Under the pieces are notes generated by a model. That model made no database searches and had not been told where the DNA came from. It saw nothing but the letters and a program-made list of their open reading frames with translations. A DNA stretch of 64,000 nucleotides, taken from positions 3,596,001-3,660,000 of the forward strand of contig OX597823.1 in the NCBI GenBank assembly GCA_951406725.2, read 5' to 3'. Shown here one piece after another: positions 37,135 to 50,269 of this stretch (within the stretch, counting starts at the first letter, position 1; the number at the start of each line of letters is the position of its first letter). Both the position numbers and the translations under genes were made by a program. The stretch comes from Octopus vulgaris. Lineage: Eukaryota.

Positions 37135-38614
37135 CATCATCCATATATAGAAACCTATATACATACATCATCCATATGTATATATATCAAATATGCTCTG
37201 ATGGATGTGTATTGTTAGTGTGCATGTATGACAAAGTACCAATGGGCTGAGAGAAAAATTGTACATGTTTACATTTGTGCTTCTCTGAAACTCACTGAAT
37301 TACAAGTAGTCGTGTTATTGTGACTTCTCCTTTGTACAAACCCACTGGTGGGTTTGTGGGTTTGTACTTTTGAAGCAGTTAAGGGTCAGTGGCAAGAAGA
37401 GCATCTATCAGTAAAATAATGCTTCAGTAATCTATTCATCTAACCCATGCTGGCATAAAAAGAAAAAGAAAAACAAAACGAGAGTAATAACAAAAGAACC
37501 AAATGAATTTCTAAAGAGGCAAAATATTGTTACAGAATGTTCTTGTCTCTAAAATATGTGGAAAAACTGCAGCCAACAACTGAAACTGGGTCATGAAAGA
37601 TGAATATGAAAATAATGTACCATTATTGAAGTTTTGGCTGAGTACTAGTTACAGTGTTGTATTACTTAACTAAAGGTCACAAGTTCAATTCTTGTTACAA
37701 ACAATGTTAAATAACCTTGGACGATGTAAGTGTTTCTAATGGCTTCGTTCAACTTATGTAAAGTAGATACTGGATTCATGTGGTGTGAGGAGGGGGGGGG
37801 GACTGACAGCCGAAAGAAAACACACACACATACACACAAAACAAACATTTAGTAGCAAAAAAACTTATTCTTCGACTCTTTATCTGATGTCAGTCATTGG
37901 ACTGTGGCCATACTGGGGCACTGCTTTGATGCAAAATGACCCCGATACTTATTTTGAAAATTGGCTATATATTCTGTTTATCTCTTTTTGCTGAACTGCT
38001 CAGTTACAATGACTATAAACAAACCAACACTGGTTATCAAGAAGTGAGAGGCAAATATGTACACACTTGTGTGTAAATGCATTTTCCCTTATATTCCACT
38101 GCCACCATCATTATCATCAATGTCTTTCGAAATGGTTGAACAACCAACCCCAACCAGTTGGGATTCCCAGTATGACCAACATCCACAAATCTTAACCCCG
38201 AAGCTTGATTTGGTTGAACTGTTCATCCTTCTGATTGCCGAATACCAAAACGTGACTCCCAGGACCTCCATTCGGGTGAGTCCCCATCTCACCTGTGTAA
38301 CTTCCTTTCATTCCATTGATCTCTCCCCATAAAAGGGAGTCACCCTTTTTGTCCTTCCCTTTTTTTCAATGGCCATTGACTCTTCTCACTTCCTCTGCCC
38401 TTTGTGGAGTTTTGTTTTTTTTCACGCCCACAGGATGTCCAATAATCCCTGGCCCCACCTCTGGTGAGGGTTGCTGGTTTTGTGCCTAATGAACTGGCCA
38501 TAGGACAGGTTGTACTGGGTCACACAGGTTGCCAGAAGCACACAAACAACAGCCTCACACTCATGCTGACCGCTTTTCGACCAGGAGAGAATCAATGACA
38601 ACTATGGAAACTTA

Positions 38615-38623
38615 TTACTGCTG

Positions 38624-38664
<41 letters not shown>

Positions 38665-38686
38665 GCTACTGCTGCTGTTACTACCA

Positions 38687-38749
<63 letters not shown>

Positions 38750-38812
38750 GCTGTTGTTGTTGCCGCTGCTGCTGTTGCTGCTACTACTACTACTACTACT
38801 ACTACCATCTAT
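38615..38812. repeat. Compound trinucleotide microsatellite (TAC)n-(TAA)n-(TGC/TAC)n
   Basis: Seen directly. Confidence 0.95.
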
Positions 38813-39045
38813 ACTGCTGCCACTATAACCACTGAAGGAAAGGAACAAACCTCCCCTACCCCATCTCTCCCTTTTACCATTTCCATTGCCAGTTCTCCTC
38901 CTCCTCCTCCTGCCAATGCCATTTTTACAAGTGAGACTGATACCATCGCAACTGCTATGGTCCCAATCGTGTCTACTACCCCTACCACTAGGGGTCTCTT
39001 CTTCACATTAACATTTCTAAAGGCAGCAGCGCTGGCAGAATTGTC

Positions 39046-40390
39046 TGTACTTTTTGGTTATCTCACCATCACCATCACCATCATCGTTTAACGTCTGCTT
39101 TCCATGCTAGCATGAGTTGGACGGTTTAACTAGAGACAGGCAAGCTAGGAAGCCACACCAGGCTCCAATCTGATCTGGCAATGTTTCTACGGCTGGATAC
39201 CCTTCCTAATGCCAACCACTCCGAGAGTGTAGTGGGTACTTTTTAAGTGCCACCAGCATGGGAACCAGTCAGGCGGCACTGGCACCGACCATGTTCGGAT
39301 GATGCTTTTTATGTGCCACTGGCACAGGGGCCAGTCGGGGCAGGGAAGCTGGCTAAAAAATTGCCATTAAAAAACAGGGTTATCTCCCCACTAAAAAATC
39401 AAGTTAATGTGGCAAAAACAGATTAAATTAAAAGGGTTTAGGTCCTTTTCATTCAATAGTTCAACACATTTTTGACTTTTGGCCTCCTCAATAGGAATGG
39501 TATGATTTGTTATAAAAATGTTATTAGGCACAGGAGTGGCTGTGTGGTAAGTAGCTTGCTTACCAACCACATGGTTCCAGGTTCAGTCCCACTGCATGGC
39601 ATCTTGGGCAAGTGTCTTCTACTATAGCCTCGAGCTGACCAAAGCCTTGTGAGTAGATTTGGTAGATGGAAACTGAAAGAAGCCCGTCGTATATATGTAT
39701 ATGTATCTGTGCCGGTGGCATGTAAAAAGCACCCACTACACTCACAGAGTGGTTGGCGTTAGGAAGGGCATCCAGCCATAGAAACATTGCCAGATCAGAC
39801 TGGGCCTGGTGCAGCCTTCTGGCTTCCCAGACCCCAGTTGATCCGTCCAACCCATGCTAGCATGGAAAGCGGACGCCAAATGATGATGATGATGATGATA
39901 TACATATATATATATGTGTGTGTGTGTTTGCGTGTCTGTGTTTGTCCCCCCAACATCACTTGACAACTGATGGTGGTGTGTTTACGTCTCCGTCACTTAG
40001 TGATTCAGCAAAAGAGACTGATAGAATAAGTACTAGGCTTACATAGAATAAGTCCTGGGGTTGATTTGCTCGACTAAAGACAGTGCTCCAGCATGGCTGC
40101 AGTCAAATGACTAAAACAACTAAAAGAGTAAGAGATGCAATAAGATGTTTAAATTTTTTCCATTTTCGTTTTTTATTAATTTTTTCAGTTTTCTATGATT
40201 TCTTATAAAAATATCAGATTCAGGTATAAGGTTTCATCGTTTCACTTCTTTCTTTTTTTTTTTTTTTTGTTTTACTAAGGGTTAAACAATTTCTTTAGTT
40301 GAGGGAGATAACCAAAAGTACTGATATTTGTCATAAAATGCAGGGAAATAACCCAATATTTTAATGGTGCTGAGATAACCAAAAAGTACC
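39046..40390. mobile_element. Merlin-like MITE nested in a family A SINE and carrying further insertions
   Basis: TIR (t)gtactttttggttatctca / tgagataaccaaaaagtacc; perfect 8-bp TSD gaattgtc (39038-39045 / 40391-40398). Confidence 0.85.
39526..40133 (+). mobile_element. Full-length family B SINE with an RTE 3' tail inserted in its internal microsatellite (39707-39899)
   Basis: tRNA-like head ggagtggctgtgtggtaag..ggttcagtccc, internal TA/TG run, 3' half ending gcagtcaaatgactaaaacaactaaaagag. Confidence 0.85.
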
Positions 40391-41054
40391 GAATTGTCAA
40401 TTTGTGGCATTTCTTCTGAGTTTAGGTTCTGAGTTCAAATGTCACCAAGGTTGACTTTGCTTTTCATTTCTTTCAGGGACAATAAAAATAGGTACCAAAT
40501 GAGTGCTTGGGGTCAAAGTAACTGATTTAGCCCCTTACCTGAAATTGCTTGCCTTGTACCAAAATCGGAAACCAATATCAACGTTCCTAGTAAGGAACAA
40601 AAGACAACTGCCACTGACACCACCACCACCACCACCACCACCACCACCACCACCACTACTACTACTACTACTACAGCTGCTGTTGCTGCTACAATGATGA
40701 TGATGATGATGATGATGTCAACGGCAATCATTACCAACAACCATTAGAAGGAAATGAACTGTCAGCATCGTCTGAATTTTGTAAGAAAATGTAAACTTTA
40801 AGAATTGATATCATGAAAGATGTCTTGATACAAATGTTGATATTTTCTTTATTTGTCCACAATAAAGTTCTTGAACCACTTGCTTGTTGTTGTTGTTGTT
40901 ATTGTTAAGATACCCCTTGGGAGTGAATTTGATATACAATACCTGCGAAGAAGCCCATCATGTGTGTGTGTGTGTGTATTACACACAGAATATACATGCA
41001 TAAGTACATTTGCTAGTAGCACTTCTGTAGGCAAATATATATATATATATATAC

Positions 41055-41325
41055 ATAATATAATTCGAGACAAAACCACTATTTTAAAACCAAACAAGGA
41101 AAGACTTAATCAAAACATAAAATTTTAATATAAATTAAATAAACCGCCACTAAATTATTAAATTATTAAAATTTTATGTTTTGATTAAGTCTTTCCTTGT
41201 TTGGTTTTAAAATAGTGGTTTTGTCTCGAATTATATTATATAATATTTTACTATAAAATTGGATTTAACCCTAAATCTGATTTTTCCCTGTAATTTTGGA
41301 TTCATTCCCTAATATTTATTATTAT
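41055..41325. mobile_element. PLE-type hairpin (76-bp arms) with one-sided tail
   Basis: Arms 41055-41130 and 41164-41239; shares gaga.aaaaccactatt with the HHR-bearing element at 41705; flanked by (TA)n. Confidence 0.75.
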
Positions 41326-41348
41326 ATATATACATATATATACACACA

Positions 41349-41670
41349 CAGTCATAGACTGGGTCTAAAAATATTGGTTGCCAGGAGACTAAGGGGGCCC
41401 ACCCACAACTACAAGGGGGCCTACCCGCAACTACAATGCTATCATTTATTATTATTTATTTTTTTCTTCATTAAAAGCATTCTTTTCACCTGTCTACAAA
41501 CACAGCCAAGCTACAATAATTAATGCATTCTTCCAGGAGTGAATAAAAAATTCTAAGACATGGGGGGATGGGCTCCTTAGAGACTAACATGGGCCCCTAT
41601 GTATGGATTCTAATGGCGCAGGAGCCCACTTACCATCGGGCAAGCTGGCAACCTGGCCAGTCTACCACTG
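41349..41670. mobile_element. hAT-like MITE
   Basis: TIRs cagtcatagactgg / ccagtctaccactg; internal gggccc motifs. Confidence 0.65.
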
Positions 41671-41845
41671 CCACTATATATATATATATATAAATATATA
41701 TATATTATATTAAATTAGAGATAAAACCACTATTAGGCAAATCAAACAATGAAAAACTTAAGCCAATACATAAAATTGATTAATTTATATTATTTTAAAT
41801 ATATATCAAAATTATTAAAAGTTTAATAAAAGATAATGAGTAAAA

Positions 41846-41914
41846 CACTACGATCGTTTCATGGCTGTCCAATTCGTAATAATTCGAGTTATGGTTACAG
41901 TCAATCTTCAGGTG
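41846..41914 (-). ncRNA. Minimal type-I hammerhead ribozyme motif
   Basis: Minus strand: CAC CUGAAGA UUGACUGU..ACAGCCAU GAAAC GAUC GUA GUG; palindromic stem III ACGAUCGU. Confidence 0.75.
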
Positions 41915-42177
41915 ATTGAAATATAAAATAGTTGTAAAATTTATCTGTGAGGTTTTGATTTCTGCATTGACCCCCTGGTAAAAAATCATTAATGATTTTT
42001 CACCTTCATTATTATTATGTACATTTATATAGATATGGTAGATGTGTTCAGCAAAAATTTAGATTCAGATGAATATGGTACTTGAGTTGAGGCACCAGAA
42101 TTTAGTACAGTATTATCCATACAATTTCAAAATAAGGTGATTAAAATCAAAATAAGCAACAAGGATATCCAGAGATA

Positions 42178-42265
42178 ATGCAGTACAGTCGTTTCAAGCA
42201 ACTCCATTTAATTGAACAATGCAATCATTACATCAATTTAAATGCAGAGCAATCCTCAGCTGCAT
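42178..42265 (-). ncRNA. Type-I hammerhead motif with long stem II
   Basis: Minus strand: AUGCAG CUGAGGA (long imperfect stem II) GAAAC GACU GUA CUGCAU; perfect 6-bp stem I. Confidence 0.75.
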
Positions 42266-44682
42266 AAAGACATAGAATTTAATTAAATTAGAACAGATGG
42301 ACACATTAGTATAATTTTACCTAAAACTCCACGAAGGTAAGGAGATAAGACAGAGAACATGCTGCACATGCACACATACACACATATGTGTGAGTGGACG
42401 AACTAAAGAAGGGCACTAAACTAATTTATTGGGAGTTACATGTATGAATCAAAGCAGTTTGATCCATGTGTGTGTGTGGGGGGGGGGTACACGTATACAT
42501 GCATGTGCACATACATACATACGTACGTATGCTCGTAAGTGATTAGGGCAGAAGCGTGGGTACAGTGAAAATATTTTAATCCCAACACAGAGAGCAATGG
42601 ATTGCCAAATTCGGTGAATCCTCGGACAAAATGCCTTGCCTGACTTCAAATATCGTTGAGGGGGGCTTAACCTCCATTCCTCCGGGTTTTGTTATTTCTA
42701 TAAAACCTTTGAAACGTGAATGGAAAAGTATGCCGAACAATAAGGCTCCTGTTTGCGTATTTGATGGAGGAGTGAATTTACGAATCACTTTCTCAAGTAG
42801 AATTCTAACACTTTCATCCACTCTGACACAGAGAAAGTTTGTGAGTTCAATTCTTGTCCGAATATTTGTACACATAAGCGAAATCCTGACAGTGAACGGA
42901 AAGTAAAATGTAGAAAAAATACTAAAAATTCACAACTACTTAATGACAGAATCTACTGATTTGAAAAAAGAAACATAAACGAGACGAGGAGAACACAGAA
43001 GCGGAGAGAAGAACCTCCACACAAAGTTTAAGAATCGAAATTATACAGAAATTAGAAAAAAAATAAGGAGAAAAATATAAAGGGAAGCTACTCTGACAGG
43101 TAACTAGTTCAAGGGGAAAAACTCTTGCTTTTCCATTTAAATGGTTATTCAGTGTTTTCGATCCGAATACCGAAAGAAGTTTTGGCAGTGGGTTATAAAA
43201 TCTCGAGAAGAGATAGAGTAGTAACGTATACTAAACAGCAAAGCGAGTAACCACATCAAAGTGGCAGATGAATGTTACTACTAGTTTAACCCCAGGCGGA
43301 TTCTCCGTCAGCTGGTAAAGGACATGGACCGTACCCCGTTTCGGTTATTTGTTTTGTCTTTTTTCTACAGAAACCCACCGTTTCGACTGCGGGGATTCCG
43401 AATCTGCATAAAATAGATCGGCATTTCAATATTTGAACAGAGAAAAGATAGAAGAGAGAGCTAAAATACGTCCAGTCCTTAGGATAGTCCTGAACGAAAA
43501 GATAGATTTTCTCGCTATCTGACCCTCGTTCTCGTCTAGCGACCCTTGATGTTTGTTTTCGTTCGGTTTCCTTGTATATCTCCACTGTCCTGTCTTTGTT
43601 CCCAACTTAGACCCCCCCATAAATCCAACTTTGACCTTCCATAAATCCAAAGACTCATATTGTCGTTCAGTGCTCGAAATGAGAAGTAGATAGACGGTCG
43701 ACGACTGATGAAGGGTCGTTCTTTATGTTACTTTTCCATTTGTTTCTCTCGTTGTTTGCATATTGAACTCTTTTGTTTTCGTATTTCATGTTTACTGTTG
43801 ATGACGCCCTGTACCCATATATGCATATCTATCTATCTATCTATCTCTATATCTATCTATCTTTATATATATATATATATATATAGTGGATCTTGCATGC
43901 ATGAAGTGAATTCAATCCACCATAGCCAAATTTAAATTAATGCTGCAACAGAACTTTTCCCACAGTGGAACAATGGTTTTTTTCTGGCAGCAGTTTTACA
44001 TTTTCCAGATGCCTTTAGCTAGGCTGAAATAATGTCTTCAGCACTTGATCCTTTCCAACCTCTTCTACTTCATCAAAAGCTGGAATAGAGATAACAAGAC
44101 CATCAACTAAATCGATTGTTCTCAATGATACATCTATCCTTCTAGATAGTTATATAAGCAAGAACACTCCAAGCAAAAATTAGTCAGTGACAACTCAACG
44201 AGTTCAGCCACATGGTGATGACTCAATGAGAAAGAAGTCTGGCTGACCACCTAGAACCTTGGTCAGAGGGAGAAATGAAGTTTACTGTCAGCAACTGTGA
44301 GACTACACCCTACAACTCTCACTAGCTCTAATTCTGTTCTCTTACAACATCATTCTATCTCTCTCTGTAATTACATCTAAACAATGAAGAGGACACAAAC
44401 ACAGACTTTACTTTGCATGCTTTTGGATTTATCATAACCTGCCCATTGAGTTAAGGTGTTGTAATGTAATGGTAAATAAATATTTCCTTAAAACTTCATG
44501 CATTGTTCATCTTTCACATCTTACAACTTGCCATTATAACAACAAATTCTTATCGTTACAACTGCTGACTCTGACATTTCATATTATTATGTATGAAATC
44601 AATCTTACCTCTTACAATTGGTGACTCTTGACTTCAACTAAAAATTTTATCATCACACACACACACACATATATATATTATT

Positions 44683-46490
44683 TATAGGGGCATCAAACTG
44701 CTGGATCAGGTGATGAAGGCCACGGAGAGGGTCATAGTGCATCTCATTAGGGAGGGAGTTTGCTTAGATGAGATGCAGTTTGGTTTTGTGTCGGGTAGAA
44801 GCACCACCGATGCCATATTCTTGGTTCAACAACTGCAGGGGAAATACCTAGCCAAAGATAAACCCCTATACTTAACTTTTGTGGACTTGGAGAAAGCTTT
44901 TGACAGGGGCCCTGATCCCTTATCTGGTGGGTGATGTGGAAACTGGAGATTGATGAATGGTTAATAAGGACTGTACAGGCCCTTCACAGAGAGGCCGTGA
45001 GTAAGGTTAGGATTGGCAATAAGTATAGTGAAGAATTCTGGGTAGAAGTAGGGGTCCACCAAGGTTCAGCCCTCAGTCCCCTTTTATTCATCATAGTCCT
45101 CCAGGCAATAACAGAGGAATTCAAGAAGGGTTGCCCCTGAGAGTTTCTCTATGCTGATGACATGGCCCTCATAGCAGAATCACTACCAGAACAAGAAAAT
45201 AAATTTCGTGTGTGGAAGCTAGATTTAGAATCAAAAGGCCTTAGAGTCAATGTAGCAAAGACCAAAGTTCTAGTAAGTAGGAAGGCGAACTCATCACACA
45301 CACCCTTAGGTAGGTGACCCGGCTCGATCTGTAGAAAAGGTGTAGGTAGAGACTCCATAAGATGTACCTAGTGTAAGCTATGGGCACATAAGAGGTGCAG
45401 CAACATCAAAGGAAAATTAACCGAGAAGATAGCTTTCGTGTGCAGCAGATGCACAGATGCACAGGTGCAATAGACACCATTGATACTCAGAAAACAGATT
45501 CCATCACACTCCAAGGGGAGAAACTAGAAGTAGTTGATAGCTTCCACTACCTTGGTGATCAAGTTAGTAGTAGGGATGGATGACCAGAGAGTGTTACCAC
45601 TAGAATAAGAATAGCCTGGGCAAAGTTTAGAAAGCTTCTACCCCTACTGGTGACAAAGGGTCTCTCGCTCAGAGTGAAAGGTAGATTGTATGATGCATGT
45701 GTTTGAACTGCCATGCTTCACAGCAGTGAAACATGGGCTCTCACTGCAGAGGATATGCATAGTCTTGAAAGAAATGAAGCTAGTATGATCCGCTGGCTGT
45801 GTCATGTTAGTGTGCATGCACGACAGAATGTAAGTGCTCTGAGAGAAATTTTGGACATAAGAAGCATCAGATGTGGTGTACAAGAGAGACATTTGTGCTG
45901 GTATGGTCATGTACTATGGATGGATGAGGAGAGATGTGTGAAGTGCCACTCCTAAACAGTTGAAGGAATCCAGGGTAGAGGTAGACCCAGGAAGACATGG
46001 GATGAGGTGGTCAAGTATGACCTTTGAACGTTGGGCTTCACAGAGGCAATGACGAAAGACCCAGACCTCTGGAGATATGCTGTGACTGCAAAGACAAATG
46101 AAGTGAGTTCATGGCTCGCAGAATGGCCTGCTGTGCTAACCTTGAATCATAGGGTGACCTGCTGTGCTTGAGGAGACCTATTGAGTCATGTACATCAGCA
46201 TCAAAATAAAAATCAAATAGAAATTGTAGTTGTGATGCCTCTGCCAGTGACCCGTAAAAAGCACCAACCGATCATGGCCGTTGCCAGCCTCCCCTGGCCC
46301 CTGTGTCAGTGGCACGTAAAAGGCACCCACTACACTTATGGAGTGGTTGGCGTGAGGAGGGGCATCCAGCTGTAGAAATACTGCCAGATCACGCTGGAAC
46401 CTGGTGTAGCTTCCTGGCTTCCCAGACCCCGGTCGAACCGTCCAACCCATGCTAGCATGGAAAACGAACGTTAAACGATGATGATGATGA
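44683..46490 (+). mobile_element. RTE-BovB-like LINE, 5'-truncated (RT, Cys-rich insert, C-terminus, 3' UTR)
   Basis: YRGIKLL..QFGFVSGRSTTDAIF..FVDLEKAFDR; GVHQGSALSPLLF; LYADD; ETWALT..WYGHV..GRGRPRKTW; stops and frameshifts; (gat)n tail. Confidence 0.95.
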
Positions 46491-46562
46491 AGATTATTAT
46501 TATTTCAGTGAATGTCATGCATCCATTTCCAAGTAAGTTTATATATATATATACACATATAT

Positions 46563-47148
46563 ATCATCATCATCACCGTTTAACGTCCGTTTTCCATGCT
46601 GGCATGGGTTGGATGGTTCGACTGGGATCTGGGAAGCCAGGAGGCTGCACTAGGCCCCAATCTGATCTGGCAGTGTTTCTACAGCTGGATGCCCTTCCTA
46701 ACACCAACCACTCCGAGAGTGTAATGAGGACTTTTTACGTGCTACCGGCACAGGGGCCAGATGAGCTGGCATCGATCACAATCAGATGGTACTTTTTACG
46801 TACCGATGGCACAGAAGCCAGTCAAAGAGGCACTGGCATCGGCCACGTTCGGATGGTGCTTTTTATGTGCTACCAGCACGGGGCTCGCAACTACAATTTC
46901 CATTTGATTTGATTTTGATATTGCTGTTGATGTTGATATATATGACTCAATAAGTCTCCTCAAGCACAGCACGTCACCCTATGATCCAAGGTACTTTTGA
47001 GTGGCTGGTTATGTGACACTGGTGTAGGTTACAGCTGTGATCTCACTTTATTTGCCAGGTCTTCTCAGTCACAGCATACCCCCAGGAGTCTTGGTCTTTT
47101 GTAATTGCCTCTCTGAGGCCCAACGTTCAAAGGTCATGCTTCACCACC
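46563..47148 (-). mobile_element. RTE LINE 3' end, inverted relative to its neighbour
   Basis: Reverse complement runs from gaggtggtgaagcatgacc to the (gat)n tail, homologous to about 46004-46490. Confidence 0.85.
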
Positions 47149-47331
47149 TCAACTGCAGCCATGTTGGAGCACCCCCTTTAGTTGAACAAATTGACCTCAG
47201 AATTTATTCTTTGGAAGCCTAGTACTTATTCTATCAGGTTCTTTTGCCAAACTGCTAAGTTACACACCAACATCGGTTGTCAAGTGATTGTGGGTGGGGG
47301 TGGGGGAGGAAGACAAACACCGACACACAAA

Positions 47332-47364
<33 letters not shown>

Positions 47365-48205
47365 GACTAACTCATTTTTCATATTCATTCTAGTGTTATA
47401 ATTGGCATACCTCATGAATTCTCATTTTTCGTGGTTTAGGTTTTAACTGGCCTTTTTAGCATGTAAGGAGTCCTGTCAATAATCTCCTCTTTGTGTATAA
47501 CAAAAATATTTTATACACTCTTTTATATATATATATATATATACACGACAAGCTTCTTTGAGTGTTTGTCTACCAAATCCACTCACAAGGCTTTGGTCGG
47601 CCCAAGGTTATGACACTTGGCCAAAGTGCCACGCAGTGTGACTGAACCTGGAACGATGTGGTTGGGAAGCAAGCTTCTTACCACACAGCCACTCCCCTGG
47701 CCCCTATTGTTGATAGGTGTATTTACAGTCTGAGTCCAAATTTCGAGTCAGAGTGATTTAGTCTGTTTTATCCTTCAAGATACAATCCAAAAGAAATAAC
47801 CTTCAGGTATTGGTCTACATTAAAATTCCTACACTTTTCCCTATCATTGGCAACACAGTTTTCCCTAGAATTCTGAACGAATGAAACTAGTAACGGTCAA
47901 TGTTGGCAAATAAACAAATAAATAAACAGAAAACAAGAATTTTGTGAAAGAAGGTGGAAGAGGTGCGTTCTAACGTTTCAATAGACAATCGGGAATAACA
48001 GAGTTAACTCCCCTGGACCATCAACTCAGCATTCTAGTTTTGTGTATGTGTGTGTGTGTACACCAGACTATTCCTTCCCATTGATGAGGACACGGACATC
48101 CAGTCTTCAGTTTTTCCAGAGCATCAAACTAAAACACCTTTTTGTTTACTCTTCCCTCACCTGTCTCTGTCTTTTTGTTTTTTTGTACATTTTGAATCAT
48201 ATATA

Positions 48206-48363
<158 letters not shown>

Positions 48364-48763
48364 CGCGTGTGTGTGTGTGTGTATATCATGATCATCATCG
48401 TCGTCGTCATTTAACGTCCGCTTTCCATGCTGGCATGGGTTGGACGGTTTGACTGGGGACTGGCAAGCCAGAAGGCTGCATCTGATCTGGCAAACTTTCT
48501 ACACCTGGATGCCCTTCCTAACACCAACCACTCCGAGAGTGTAGTGGGTGCTTTTACAAACCACCAGCACAAGGGCCAATTAGGCATTACTGGCAACAAC
48601 CATGCTCAAAGGTGGTTTTTATGTGCCACCTGCACCGGAGCCAGTCCAGCACCACTGGCAACGACCACACTTAAATGTTGTCTTCATGTGCCACCAGCAC
48701 ATGTGACACTAAGGTGACGCTGGCAACAACCATGCTCACATGGTGCTTTTTACGTGCCACTGG

Positions 48764-49880
48764 CACGAGGTTGGACAAAATAATGGAAACACCTTAAAAT
48801 CTATTTTAATATGTGGTAGAACCGCCTTCGGCAGTAATTACAGCTTGAATTCTACGAGGTATGGACTCGTACAAAGTTTGAATTGTTTCCAAAGGAATTT
48901 TTATCCATTCTTCAGCTAGTCTCCAGTTTATGTAGTGATGATGGTGGAGGATATCGCTCCTTATTTGTTTTTCTAAAATGCACCATAAACATTGAAATCT
49001 GGGGACTGTGGTGGTCAGATAAGATGTTCAACTTCTAGAATGTTCCACGTGCCATTCAGTAACAACTTTAGCTTTGTGAATTGGTGCATTACCATCCTGA
49101 AAGATTGCATTTCCCTCCGGAAACAGTTCCACAACCATAGAATGAATTTGATCAGATAAAATGCTTAAATAGTCTTGACTATTAAACTCTTCTGTCATGA
49201 AGGGAAACCATTGGGCCGGCGGATTTCCAAGATATAGCTCCCCCCCCCCCCACCAATCATCACAGATCCTCTTCCATGTTTAACAGTTGGAAGAACGTAG
49301 TCTGGGTCAAATGCTTCTTTTGGCTGTATCCACACGTATACTCGACCAGTGGTCGGAAATAAGGTAAAGGATGACACGTCCGAGAAAAAAACATTCTTCC
49401 ACTGCTCTAGGGACCAATTCTGTAGGTTTTTACTCCAGTCAAAACACTTTGTAACGTTTGTTTTTGAAAGTAGTAATTTTCTGATTGCAGCCCTCCTACA
49501 AAATCTGGCTTTGTGCAACTCCCGGTGAACAGTTTTTGTGGAAACTGGGTTCTCAAAGTGGTCATTAAGCTCTGTAGTAATTTTAGAAGCTGTACTTTTG
49601 TGATAATTTCTAACAATTTGCATTAGAGTCCAATGGTCCCTATCGGAAAGTTTTGGCATTCTTCTGGAGTTTTGTTTCAACGAGGAGGTTTTTCCCTCTT
49701 TCTCAAAGGCTGTCATTACTTTCAAGACAGTACTTCTTCAAACACCAAACATTTCAGCTGTTTTCGTTATGCTAGCACCTGCCATACGAGCACCAACAAT
49801 TTGACCTCTTTGAAAGTCTGATAGGTCTGTCATTTTAAAGCATTTTAATTACCTTTTTCTGATGACATCTAAAAAGAAAC
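48764..49880 (-). mobile_element. Tc1-like transposon, decayed transposase with one TIR
   Basis: ORF 49195-49725 includes VSTKTVHRELHK..WKNVFFSDVSSF..PTVKHGRGSVMI; downstream FQDGNAPIH and *PPQSPDFN; TIR cacgaggttggacaaaataatggaaacacc. Confidence 0.92.
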
Positions 49881-49943
49881 AATAATCGATGATAGTCAAT
49901 TGTTGTTGATAAAGATTTCTCCATTTTCTCCTTAACTTAAATT

Positions 49944-50023
<80 letters not shown>

Positions 50024-50269
50024 TCAGTCAGATATATATATATATAATATGTATGTATATAAATAATATATATGTATTTATGTATATATACTGTTTTTAT
50101 ATTTAGTTTTAGAGAAAAACTGGATGAAAGTGTACTGTATGTATGTATTCCTAAAGGGTTGTCTGTACATCATTGAAACTTCACAGCCCTCTCTATTTTC
50201 TCTTCCTCAGTTGTGTCGAATCTTTCTCCTCCAAATTTGACATACTTGCTTTCAAGATCTCAAGCAGGT

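Noticed and set aside
43660-43815. ctgatga near 43705 as a hammerhead
   Set aside because: A possible long stem II is followed by gtac rather than gaaa; the alternative type-II fold is weak.
44130-44632. LTR end with primer-binding site (ttaca-attggtgac)
   Set aside because: Suggestive, but no matching 5' boundary, TSD or internal coding sequence could be identified.
48075-48140. ttgatgagg..tcaaac as a hammerhead
   Set aside because: Both core boxes are mutated and the stems are unclear.
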